Shown here in pieces: positions 27,201 to 39,200 of a stretch of DNA of 64,000 nucleotides. Under the pieces are notes generated by a model, which worked only from the letters and a program-made list of their open reading frames with translations, was not told where the DNA came from and did no database searches. Numbering within the stretch: the first letter of the stretch is position 1; each line of letters starts with the position of its first letter. The position numbers were made by a program, and so were the translations under genes. Source of the stretch: Amoebophrya sp. A120 (Eukaryota; Protista; Dinoflagellata); contig CAJINV010000011.1 of NCBI GenBank assembly GCA_905178155.1, positions 1,949,939 through 2,013,938 of the forward strand, in the 5' to 3' direction.

Positions 27201-30200
27201 CTCGAGCTGGGTCTGGAATGATGCGCATTTCAAATCGAAGAAAAATGTGTTTTATGCAGAAAGAACAAAAGTTGTTTATTTTTGGTCATGGTGAGAGCGG
27301 ATTTTATTTTCTCATGCAGAGTATAAACATTGCGAAGCTCCCGAAGAACCTGTGATGCTGGTCCTCCCTGCATGCCAGACACATCTCTTGGTCGTCATGC
27401 AAAGGCAAAAGAACCTGCATTTGCAAACATCTGCGTTCATCATCATCCAGACCCAGCCATATTGGCAGTGCATATGGTTGTGGTGGAAGTGGTCGTCGTG
27501 GTTGTGGTAATGTCCGTTTCCTGAGGCAGGATTTTCGTGGCATTGTTCGCCTGCTTGAACTCAGTGTACTCCGTCCACATGTTATCCTGAGAAAAAAGTG
27601 TTACAGTCACGCACCCTGATGCAAGACAAGCAAGACAGACTACAACCTCTGTCATGCAGGAAATGCTTGCCACCGTCATTTCATCAATGTTTCCCCTTAT
27701 AGTCTATGCATATACAAGTTTTCTTTGCCATGCAAAGCAAATTTGTCATGGTGAAATTCCAAGAAAAAGAAATGGAAATGCGTAACTGTAACACTTTTTT
27801 CCTAAGATACATGTTCTCGAGCTCTATCTGCGACAGCGCACTGTGCCCGTCGACGGATTCTGGCACGAAGTTGCCGTTGCTGTCCTTCACGTGCCCGTTG
27901 TTGTAGGTAACGTGCCAGTATGGAATGCAAATATGGCTGGGTCGTCTGGAAACCTGTGATGCTAAAAAGCGTGGACGATGGAAACACAAACATAACACTT
28001 CCGAATGCAGCCCAGCATGACCAGTTTCCAGAACGCTTCTCCATAGGCAGTACGCATGAGAAACTGCGTTTTTGCACGACACAAGAGGCTGCGCTTTATT
28101 TTGTTGGTATATGCAATACAGATTCTCCAGGATTGGATTGTATTTGTAACGCTAGCATTACAAGTTTCAACTTTCCAGACCCAGATGACATGTTTGCAAT
28201 GCATAGCCAGTCCGGAACGACGCCCTCCCACGCCTGGTCCTTGGCAACCGTCTCCCACTCGTATTTGGTCAAAGCTTCCAGGTTACAGTCCTTGTCGGAG
28301 TTGGTATCGAATGCAAAAATGTCTGGGTCTGGAAGATTGCGAGATTTGTCATGCTTATCTGGCATGACAAAAAGGTTTGCGATGCGTGTCCAAGAAGAGA
28401 CCCTTCTGCCTGTCATGCAAAAACGCAGTTTGTCATGGGAAAAACGCAACACAACAAAGCGCAGATATTTCTCATGCTTGCCTGTGCATTACAGAGCATT
28501 CACTAGTCCCAACGCAGCATTACAAGTTTCCACACCCAGACATTTTTGCAGTTGATAGTTGGGGCCGGCCAGCCAAATGTTGCTCGTCTCCATGTACAGC
28601 CAGGCGGGGTATCAACTGCAAAAATGTCTGGGTCTGGAAGAGTCGCGGCTTGTCATGCACATTTTGCATGAGCCGTGAGGTCTGTGATGCTAGTCCTAGC
28701 ATCACAGATTTTTTGAGAGCTTCTTGATGCTAATTACGCATGAGAAATGCCCTTTCCTTCGGCGTGCCAAGAACTGACTCCTCTTACGCTACTGCTCAGG
28801 CAAGAACATAGATATTTCTAGAATCCTCGGACAGCATTACAAGTTCCACTCTTGTTCCAGACCCAGACATATTTGCAATCCATACGGGGTCCACGAAGTC
28901 CGTTTGCGCGGCGTTGATGCGGTGCCGCACGTTCATCAGGTGAAACACCAGATCTGCGTCGTCGCACTCTATCAAAAGCAAAAGCACCCCCTCCCGATAT
29001 CAAAACGAAGTTAGTGCTGCTGGATTTGCGTGACAAACCGCCTCTCTAATGGATGCGCCGCATACCTCGGCGCCTGCCTTCTTGCAACACATAAACTGAT
29101 TTTCGACCACAAATCTCGTGCATCACAAATTTTCCTTTTCGGTATGGGGAGGGTGGCGGGGGATTTTTCCTCACAGTACACTCCGTGCCCTGGCACCCCT
29201 TGTCCACGAAGTACTGGCTCCAGTCGCTAGCTTTGATGTAGTACCTGGGATCGCTCGCGGGTCCAGTCGTCGTAAATTCGGTGAGGCGGAGGTAGTTTTT
29301 GCCAATAAGGTCGAAAAGCTGGTCGAAATCCGGTTTGTCGGGCACTTTTGTCGGCAGAAAGACGGTCCGCTGGGGATCGCCGGGCTCGCAATCATCCGTC
29401 GCTCCTTTTCTCTCTTCTTCTTCTTCTTGTTTATTTCGCGACGTCTTCAACCTCTTCGTCGCGTGCGCTTTCTCAAAGCGAGAGGTCGACTCTGACATTC
29501 CCTTGGTCAGCTGGTTGATTTCAAAGCGATAGTTTTCTTCATCACCTCCGCCGTTCTTTACGCCGGGAAGAGTAGTTGTGCTGGAGGGGGGTCGTGCTCC
29601 TGGGGCGTCCTCTTCAAGATGAACCTCTTCTTGCGCCGGCGTTTTTCCCCCTCGTCCCTGCTCTACTTGGTCTTCAAGAGTTGTGTACTCGTCGTCACCT
29701 CCTTCAGAAGATGCGGAGAAATCCGATCCCTGCTGGTCCTGCGCGCTGAGTTCTTGCTCGAAGAGGTCCTCGTCGGAATAGGAGGCCACCGCCGCTTCGA
29801 AGTCCTTGTCTTGATCGTACTGCGCCTGCTCCGCGTCACTGGTCATTTTCCGCTGGAATTCCTTGCGTTGGAGGTTCTGAAACCCATTCGAAAGGCTGTC
29901 GTCCAAGCTCGCAAGTGTCGCACTTTTCGTACTTTTCGTCCGCTGCGACGTCCTCTGGCCCATTTTTGCTGCTTGCCGTCCTTGCTGGCCGGTCTGTAGT
30001 TCCTGCTGCTGTTCGACCCGCATCATCGAAGCGGGGGCTGCTGCGGCAATTCCCCCGCTGGCGAGGGTTTTTGGTAATACTTCGACAGGCGAAGACCCCT
30101 GCTGCTTCATCCCCAGCTCCAACCCGACGGGCGCTTTCTTTACCCCCTTTGTCGTGGTCTCCCCGGGGGCGCTGGCTGGAGGGTGTGGTGCAGCAGGCAG

Positions 30201-33200
30201 CGACCGGTAATCTGAGGTGGTTACCTCTGTTCCTGCAGTCTTTGTAGTTGTCCTCGTCGCGTCCTGCAGAGTACGAATGTGTTTCTGATCTTCGCCTTGC
30301 CAGTCGTCATCCTGGAGGGCGGCCTTGTCGATAGCTGTTCCTGTACTCCTTGTAATTTCGGAGCCTGGTGCAGCTGTTGGCTCTACTTCGTTTTTTCCTA
30401 GTTGCTCCTCCACCGTGTGTAGAAGCTGCTGACCACTTCCAGCGTGAAGAAGACCACCCTCCTCGTCTTCCTCTTCCTCTCCGCCACCGTCTACATAGTC
30501 ATAGTCGGTGTCTTCGTCTTGTTCAAGTGCTGGCGCGTCATTTTGTTGAAAAAACACGTCGTCGTCGTCGTCGTCGTCGTCGGCCTCCGTCCAAGAAGCG
30601 TAGTTTTCGCCCTATCAAATGCAAATATGTGGTCTGGGACGGGATGAAACTTGTGACGCTAAAGTGTGGAAGGATGATGGAAACACGACTTCCGCATGCC
30701 GCCAAGCATGACAACCTTCCGGAACGCTCTCACGCGCATGATCCCGCATGAGATGAAACTGCGGTTTTGTTTGTACAAAAGAGGCTGCGACTTTTGTTGC
30801 TCATGCAATACAGATGGAGATTTATTATGCGAGGCCACCAGCATCACAAGTTTGCACTTTGCAGACCCAGACATATTTGCACTGAATACGGGTCCCACGT
30901 CGTTATCAATCTTGTTTGCCGACCGCAGGAGCTCGGCGAACTTCTTCAGATTACTTAACTCCGCGGTACTCTTGCTTGTTCCTTTCAGTATCCAGGAAAA
31001 AATAAAGTGTGTAAGTGTAACTTTCTTTGGGGAACAGCATCACAAATTTGCTCTACATGACAGAGAAAACCTGTCATGCGTCACTTGTAAGGGAAAACAC
31101 ACATGAAAATAGGACTTCGTGGCTGTCTGGCATGACTGGTGCAACTCTGTTGCATGTTCTGCAACACAAATTTACACTTGCACAGTTTTTTTTGTTGCGA
31201 TATTCAGGACCCGTTCTCTGGTAGTTGTGGTGCTCCTCCTGCTCTCTGTTCCTTGAGAAGTACTCGTCAACGATCCTTCGAATTTTTCTTCCGATCCCGT
31301 TTTCATCATCGCCGACGGTGCTTCAATCTTGTTTGCCGACCGCAGGAGCTCGGCGAACTTCTATCAAATGTAAAAATGTCTGGGTCTGGAAGAGTCATGC
31401 TGTTTTTGCATGACAAAGAAGGTCTGGCATGGAAGCTCTAGCATTACAGGTTTCGAGAAGCTTCCGCAATGCCGAATCCGCATGACAAATCCCACACTTT
31501 GGTGACAGAAAGTGGGCAACTTTTGCTGCTTATGCATGAGAGATTTTTCTGTGTTCTGAAATGCGCATCACAAGTTTGTATTCTTCCAGACCCAGACATT
31601 TTTGCAGTTGATAACTTCTTCAGATTGCTTAACTCCGCGGTACTCTTGCTTGTTCCTTTCAGGACCCGTTCTCCAGTTGTAGTTGTGGTGCTCCTCCTGC
31701 TATCCTGAGAAAAAAGTATTACAGTTATACACTCTGATGGAAGAGAAGCAAGACAGACCACCTCTGTCGTGCAGAAAATACTTGCCAGCCTCATTTCCTT
31801 CGTGTTTTCGCTTATAGTCTGCGCATCACAGGTTTTCTTTGCCATGTCGAGCAACTTTGTGATGCAGAAACTCCAACAAATGTGTACCTGTAACACTTTT
31901 TTCCTGTAATACCTGCTCTCTGTTCCTTGAGAAGTACTCGTCAACGATATCCTGAGTAAAAACGTACCCACACCATAGTTGTCATGCAACTCTGCATGCT
32001 TAAAATGCTTCTCATGCGGAGCCCCATGAGAAGCATTTTCTAATGCGGTTTTGAAATTTGTCATGCTCCAATCAGCATGAGAAACTAGATCTGTAATGCT
32101 GCTAAACTAGCTCAAACAGCACTACACGAGGCGTCCAAATCTGTCATGCCAAACAACCAAAGCTGTGTGATTTGTCTAGCAGGTTTCCCATGTTGACTCT
32201 GGTGTGGGTACGTTTTTACTCAGGATAAACGATCCTTCGAAGTTTTCTTCCGATCCCGTTTTCATCATAGCCGACGGTGCTTCGAATTTTTCTTTATTAC
32301 AATGAAAAGTGCCCCCATCCCTGAACTTGGCAGCATTTGTATTGCTGCAAACCTTTCCAATAGAAAAATCCCCCGTCTTGCATATTATCAACATCACAAA
32401 TATGCCGTGCCGCATGGCGCAAGTTTGTGTTGCGCAAGAGCCCAGCTGCAGCCGGGCCTGTCATGTTGGAAGGCTAAGGGCTGGGCGTCCCCTCGTAAAT
32501 TAATTCGACAAACAGTAGCCTGAGGTCCTGAGGTCCTGAGGTGGGTGACGCGCCCGAGAGCACAGACACCGGCGGAATGGTGACGACCGAAAGGGTCAGG
32601 AGACTCACCTTTTTCGCGAGAAAGAAGACTGCTGAACCCGCGCGCGAAACTTCGGCGGGCCGACGCAAGTGCCGGTCTTGTAATGTAGAGCAATCAAAAA
32701 TCTAACGTCCCTATGTTCGCTGTTGTTAGACGAGGAGACAGTCCGAACCACGGAAAGGAACAACAGCTCCAGGGCGGGCCTGGGCGGAAAATGCATGACA
32801 AACACCGGAAGTCGAAACAGATCATGACAAGGAAAGGCCAGAATGATACTAAAGGTGGCACCAGGGTGGAAAAATAAAAGCTGGCCTTGTTCGTCTCCTT
32901 GGTCTCGTTCCCAAAGCCCAAGTAAATCTAAAGTAATTTTTTAAAAAATAATAAAGCTTTACTCTACGCGCGCTTAAGTTACTTTGTCTAGACCGGTCGA
33001 TCCACTTCTGCCTGTACCGTCTCTATTCCGTTTTCTCTACCACCCTAAGAAGTGGCGAGCTTATGCATAGCATGCTTAGGACATGCAGCCGGGCCTGTCA
33101 TGTAAAAGATACCTTACTCGCCTAGATTCTGCATCAGAAAGACTCGTAGTCCTTTCATGCAAGACAAAAAGTTTTCATTTGGAAACTTTGCATCAGAAAC

Positions 33201-36200
33201 TTTTGCAAATTTTCGGGTGGGGGCATTTTTCATTGCAATATTCTTCCGATCCCGTTTTCATCATCAGCGCCGACTGGCCAGTCTCCGCTAAGCCAACGGC
33301 CCCTGTTTGATGTCGTGTTCTCGGAGGTTTCGTGTTTTTTTCATGTAGGAGCAGTGCCTCGCTCTTGCTGGCTCTTTTCGTGCCGCTTTTCTTGTTCTCC
33401 ATTGAGGGTGGAGCAGGAGCCCTACCACGGTGGTGTCCACGCCCTTTGTGCCAGATGTCATCAACAACCTTAATATCATTGCGGCCTTTATTGCCTTCCT
33501 TGTTTCCCGTCGTAGCTGCCTTGTCGCGAGCAGATGATGATGCTGATGATAATGATGGTGAGTGGACGCGCTGGACCACTCCTACTACTTCGGGGTTATT
33601 TTCATTTTCGTCTACAACCTCCCGTAGTTGTCCATGATCTAGATCTTCGTGCTTTGGATCTTCATGCTTTACTTCCTTTATTTTCTGGTATTTGAGTCTG
33701 TGGTGGTGATGGCGGTGCAGGTTTTTCGCCGAAACGTCTCTGTGCTTTTTCGCGGCCTTTATCAAATGTAAAAATGTCTGGGTCTGGAAACTTGTACTGC
33801 TGCGTTGGGAATAGTGAATGCTCTGTAATGCACAGCCAAGCATGAGCAATATCTGCGCCTCTTTGTGTTGCGTTTTTCGCATGACAAACTGCGGTGTTGC
33901 ATGACAGGCAAAAGGGTCTCTTCTTGGACACGCATCACAAACCTTTTAGTCATGCCAGGCACGCATGACAAGTCTCGCAATCTTCCAGACCCAGACATTT
34001 TTGCATTTGATAGCCTTAACGATCAGATCATTCTCTTTTGCTCGGATCACCCCCTCGGCGGTCGCATCTACCCTCGTTATGCACGGTGCAAATATCATCT
34101 TCCACCCTGGATCATGTCTGGAAAAGCGCAAAAAACTGCTCATGCGTCCTTTCGTGGGTCCTCATACAACAAACATCTGTCTTGCATGATTGCCACAAGT
34201 TGCCCACTTGTGACCAACTTGGTACGGGGTTTTTATTTCTCATGCAGGATAGGAGTCAGTAGTAGTAGTAGTATTACCCAACAAAACGGGGTAAAACGAT
34301 AATTAGATGCGCTATCTATTTATTATCGTTAGTATTGCTGCCGGAACCGCTATCACTGCTTTCAGCTATTTCAGGCTCGTCTTTTTTCTTCTTCTTCCCC
34401 CGCGCAGGCTTATTCTTGCATTTGTCTTGGTGTTTCCGCATTCTCCCAACGTACCAGTTTAGTGCTCTGTTCTGGCTGTGCCACTCTTGTTCGTTGTGCT
34501 CGTATCGCAACTTATAGGTCCTACAGTGCCTGCACCTCAAGTACTGCTCTCCTGCTCTGTTCGTGAACATGTTAGCGGTAGGAACGCAAATCTTCCACGC
34601 CTTGCCTTGGCCTCCATATGTGTATCGGCCTGCTGCGCTACACCAGTAGTGATACTCCGATCTGCACACGCTAGGAGGATTCTGTGACCCTGGTGGCCTC
34701 TTGTCCAGCGAGGAGTTGTAGCCTACTTTTATGAAGTTCCCAGTCCTATGATCCTCCGCATGCCTCTCCATAGCGCCTGCCGACTCCACGAACGTGAGGC
34801 CGCACGGTATGCAGCGAGTTTTCTTGTGTGCGTGCTTTCCGCCACCTTTTTTCAGTTCGCGAATTTCTGGATTCCGCTGAAGTACTTCCATCTTGACTTT
34901 CTGGTCAAGCAGGGCATCCTGCTGGTGGTTTACGTCCAAAATTCGCTGTAGCATGGGGTCATCGGCAACAGGGTAGCAGGCGGGATGCTGTTGCTCCAGG
35001 TGCTCGAGAAGGGCCTCAGGCATGCCATCAGCAGGTTGCTGCTCAGCCAGTTCATCAAAATACTCTCTGCGGTCAACTTCAGACTGCGGGTCAAGTCCCA
35101 AAAAACACATGATGTTACGCGAACACCAAAAGCACTCCTCACCGCGAAAAACTTGCTCTGGGGCGCCGTCTGGAATCTTCATCTGTTGTATCATTTCCTC
35201 TACGGTGTCGCCATCCCATCCCAACTCTTCGCCGTCTTTACGAATTTTTTCCTTCATTTTCCCGAGCGACGACGAGGAAAAATACTTCGCTGCCAGCTCT
35301 TTCTCCACCTCAGCCCTTAGTAGTCGGTCTCCGTCCGCCCAGTCATCTGCTGTATGCCGGATGAAGGCCCATCGAGTCAGACAAAAATAAACCTTTTTGT
35401 TGACATTGTAGCACGACAGCTCGTTTCCTTGAGGTGGGGGTCTCCGCGTGTCCGCCTCCGCCATGGACTCCCACAGCAACTGAAGAGCCTCCGGACCCAA
35501 CTTGCACTCTTTTCGAAGAAACTCCAACGCGTCCCCAAAAAAGTCAGGAATTTTCTTGTCTCGCGCCTCCACCTCCTTCAGGTCCTGCGCAGACCTGTAG
35601 AAGTCACGCAGCCTAAGTCTCGGCACACCCAAGGCGTCTGCTTCCGCTGGTGGGCTGGCTCGCGGATAAAACTTGCCGATCAGGGCTGCTCGTACCAAGT
35701 CATTTTTTGGCTTCCGCATGGTGTGCGCAATTGTCTTCAGTTGCAGGTATCTGACTTGCGCACGGATGGGAGGAATCTTCATTCTGCGCCGCAGGCTGCG
35801 CGAACTGGCCTGGTTTTGGTCGTGTACCCATAACGGTATCCCCACGAACATCTTCATCATTTTTGTTTCAGCCGATTGTAACAAATTGAAGTGGTCCTCC
35901 CCGACAAAGCGAACCTGCAGGCCGTAGATCATGATGGAGCGGACCATAATGATCAATAGTTCCCCCTTGCGCTGCTGTGTCAATCCGGTTAGCCCCGACA
36001 CTGTCGACTTCAGTGCATGAAATGCCGACCAAGCCTTTGAAATTTTTATACGGATATCTGCGTCGTCATTTGTGTTCACGCCAAGGTTCCGGGTTTGAAT
36101 TTTTGTGATGTCATCCATGATTCTCTTGCTCAGGTTCTCACTCATCCCGCACTGGTTCAGGACTTTGCTCATCAGCTCTGTCAGTTCGTTGTTAAGTGGC

Positions 36201-39200
36201 TCAAGCTTGTTCTTGATCCGCTCGCTATTGTCCTCCACCTGCTTCAACACCTCAGCCGCCTGCCCCTGCGAAAATAGGGTGGTATCATCTGCGAAGAGAA
36301 GGCGGCCCAACAAGAATTTTATTAGCGTGTCGTCTTGGTTTTCGCCTAGCAGGACTCTCCTTCCCGCTTTCACCAGTTCGTGTATTTTTTCCTTCCGCTC
36401 CCAGTGCCACGCCTTGTCCATTGCGCTCAAACTCACACCCCAGGCTTCTTCAGGTAACTTCCGCCGCTCCAACTGAAAAATCCGCATTACAGCCGAATAG
36501 CAAACCAAGAACAAAAGGGGGGAGGATACGCAGCCTTCTTTTGTTCCGTTTTTCACGGTAAGCGGTATGCTATCTTCAAACATATGCACCGCGGATCGGT
36601 GTGAGCACCTTATCACCTGCCAACACCTTGAGTTGCCCAGCCCGAGTTCACGAAAAACGCCTTCCATCAGTCTCTCGTCGAGGCTTGGGAACGCTTTGCG
36701 TAAGTCAATGAGCGTCGCCACTAATCGGTAAAAGGTTGGAGACTTCGAAAAATGTCGGAAGTCTTCGCGCATCCGATTAAACACCAAAAGGCTGTCAAGC
36801 GTTCCTACTCCCGCTCGGAAGCCAAATGGTTCGGCGTTGAAGTATCCGACGGCCTCGAGCGCCTTGTAGAGGCGGTCCGAATAAATTTTCGTAACCAGTT
36901 TCATGAGTAACGGACTGATTACCAAAAATCTATAGTTATCGGCCGAGCTTCTTGCACCCTTGCCCTTGTACAACGGAATGTCGCGACACAAATGAAATTT
37001 TTCTCCCAGTTCCGAGAGAGGCCTCGTGTCCATCTCGGTGTTGATGATTCCCGCGATTACTTCCACCGAATCCTCACTGAAATGCTTCAGGATTTGTGGG
37101 GTGAGGCCGTGCACGTCTTTGGCCCTGCCTCCTTGCGCCATGTGACGAATCGCCTGCGCAAGCTCTTCTGCCTCCACCGGTGCGTCCAGCTCCGCTACTG
37201 TTTCCGGCAAAAGCTTCTTTACTACTTCTTTCAGCCTGCTGTCGATCGGAAGCGCTTGATCCTTGTGGAGAGGCGAATTCCCTACCATGTTGTACTGGGC
37301 GCGGGACTGGGCAGGGGTTACGTAGCACGCGCGGTCGCTCTTTCTGACCTTTTCTTCTCTAAAGAGCTGCCACATGTGCGCCTTTGCCTTGGCCGATTCC
37401 AGCAGCTGTTCAGACGTTGCGCGCGGAATTGTTTTTCTTGTTTTCCCGGTCAACATAGGCGCAATCTCAATTAAATAGTCCTGAAGCTGCTCCAAGTTAC
37501 TTATTTTCCCCGCACTGTGGCGTCGCTGCAGGCACTTGTTGATGTGGTCCCTTGTTTCGCCCGAAATCTCATTTAGAATGCCCTTCGTTAGCGCCTTCCT
37601 CGCAACTCCTTCCTCACGCAGCCTCTGGAAGGATTTCACGTCGCAGGCAATCTCGATGGCGGAATGGTCAAAAGATACTTGCGCATATGGGGCTGTGCCG
37701 TCACGGTTGCGGCCCTGTAGTGAAAATCTCCGATACGAGCGAACTTTTTCCGCCTGTTTCCCCAGTGTCAGCCAGTGGCCAATTTCCGTTTTCCCCCGGT
37801 AGGTGTGGTAGTTGTCCGCCTTGAACCACGACCCGGCCAGCACCAAACTCATGGACATCAGGTTTGCTGCGACCTGGTGCCCTCGCTGCGAGGTAACCTT
37901 GCTCCCAAATCCACCACTGATGCAGGAGCTGGCATACTCGTCGGAGCCTGCACCAATGTGAGCATTGAGATCGCCCCCCATCAAGAACATTTTCCACTTC
38001 TCTTTTTTCATTTTTTTGAAATCCTTTACCGTGTTCGAAAGGCTGCGGTCAAATGCTTGCACTGCATGGGGCTTCGATCCCGATGTGGGCGCGTAGTATG
38101 CAGCAAGGACGATCTCCGGCAAAGCAACTGCTACCACCCGCTCTCTGGCACGTACCAAATTTTCCGGAATGGGGCCCGATCCAAGTTGTTTTCTCAGTGT
38201 CAGCCCTGTTATGAGAATCCCGGCGCCGTTTATCCACAACAAGTCGAAGTCTTTTTTCCGAAGCCACCGGTACTTCTCGCTGCTGCTACCATCATTCGCG
38301 TGTCCGCTTACAACGAGATCTGCATCATCCTCCGGAATGTCATCGTCGATCATCTCCTCCACTCGCTCATCCTGGTGCAAATCAGCGTCACCATAGTCAG
38401 GCACATCACCCCCATGGGCATCATCAACCCCGTCACCAGCATCGTCGGCATCGAGCGCGCCTCGCTTGTTGAGTTCAGCAACAACAACTTCCCCCCGGGT
38501 TCTGGAAGAATGAAGAGACTTTTTACGGTACTCAAATTCACTTAACATGATTGCATCCCAACGCCGAATGCTTGCCACCCGCAGCACATGCCTAAGCCTG
38601 TCACTGTCTCTGCCTGCGCCACACATGTTCACGCATGAGAGCTTCACTCTTCCATGCCCTACAAGCGGTGGTGGGTCGTGCACACTTTCGGCGAGTTCAG
38701 GAAACGGCTCCCAGTCGACTTCGGATTTTTGCTGTTCTTCCCACTCCTTGAGAAGTCTTTTTCTGTCCTGTTCGATCTTCTTCATTGCGTTTTTGTGTCC
38801 TTGAATTTGCGGGTCGCCATTCCCTCCCTCATCACCACCAGCTGCTACTGTTACACGCGGAGGCCGCTTTGCAGAAGCTTCGTTCCCAGCTGCTTCCTTT
38901 AAAAGCCGCATACTGCTCTGCTCCTGTCCAACAACAGTGTCATCATCTTGCCCTGATGTTTCAGGTTCAGATGGCGTGGCTGTCGTACTTCCCAATGAGC
39001 GGTCATCCTGCTCGGAGCCGTCGTCTACACAAGCGCGGCGGTGATGCCAGCTGGTCTGGCCGCTACACGACGGAGCTACAGGATCAATATGGTGAACTCC
39101 CGAGCCAATCACCTCCCGATTACCATCGTGGAAGGCCTGCTGATAGTCTCCTAACCACTGCGGAACGCGACTACTCGATCCCGCCGGTGCCGGATGTTCA

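Noticed and set aside
21323-34012. Regularly recurring TGTCTGGGTCTGGA repeats resembling a CRISPR array
   Set aside because: They occur as inverted pairs bounding ~250-bp elements with TSDs and are separated by coding exons. The context is eukaryotic and no cas genes are present.
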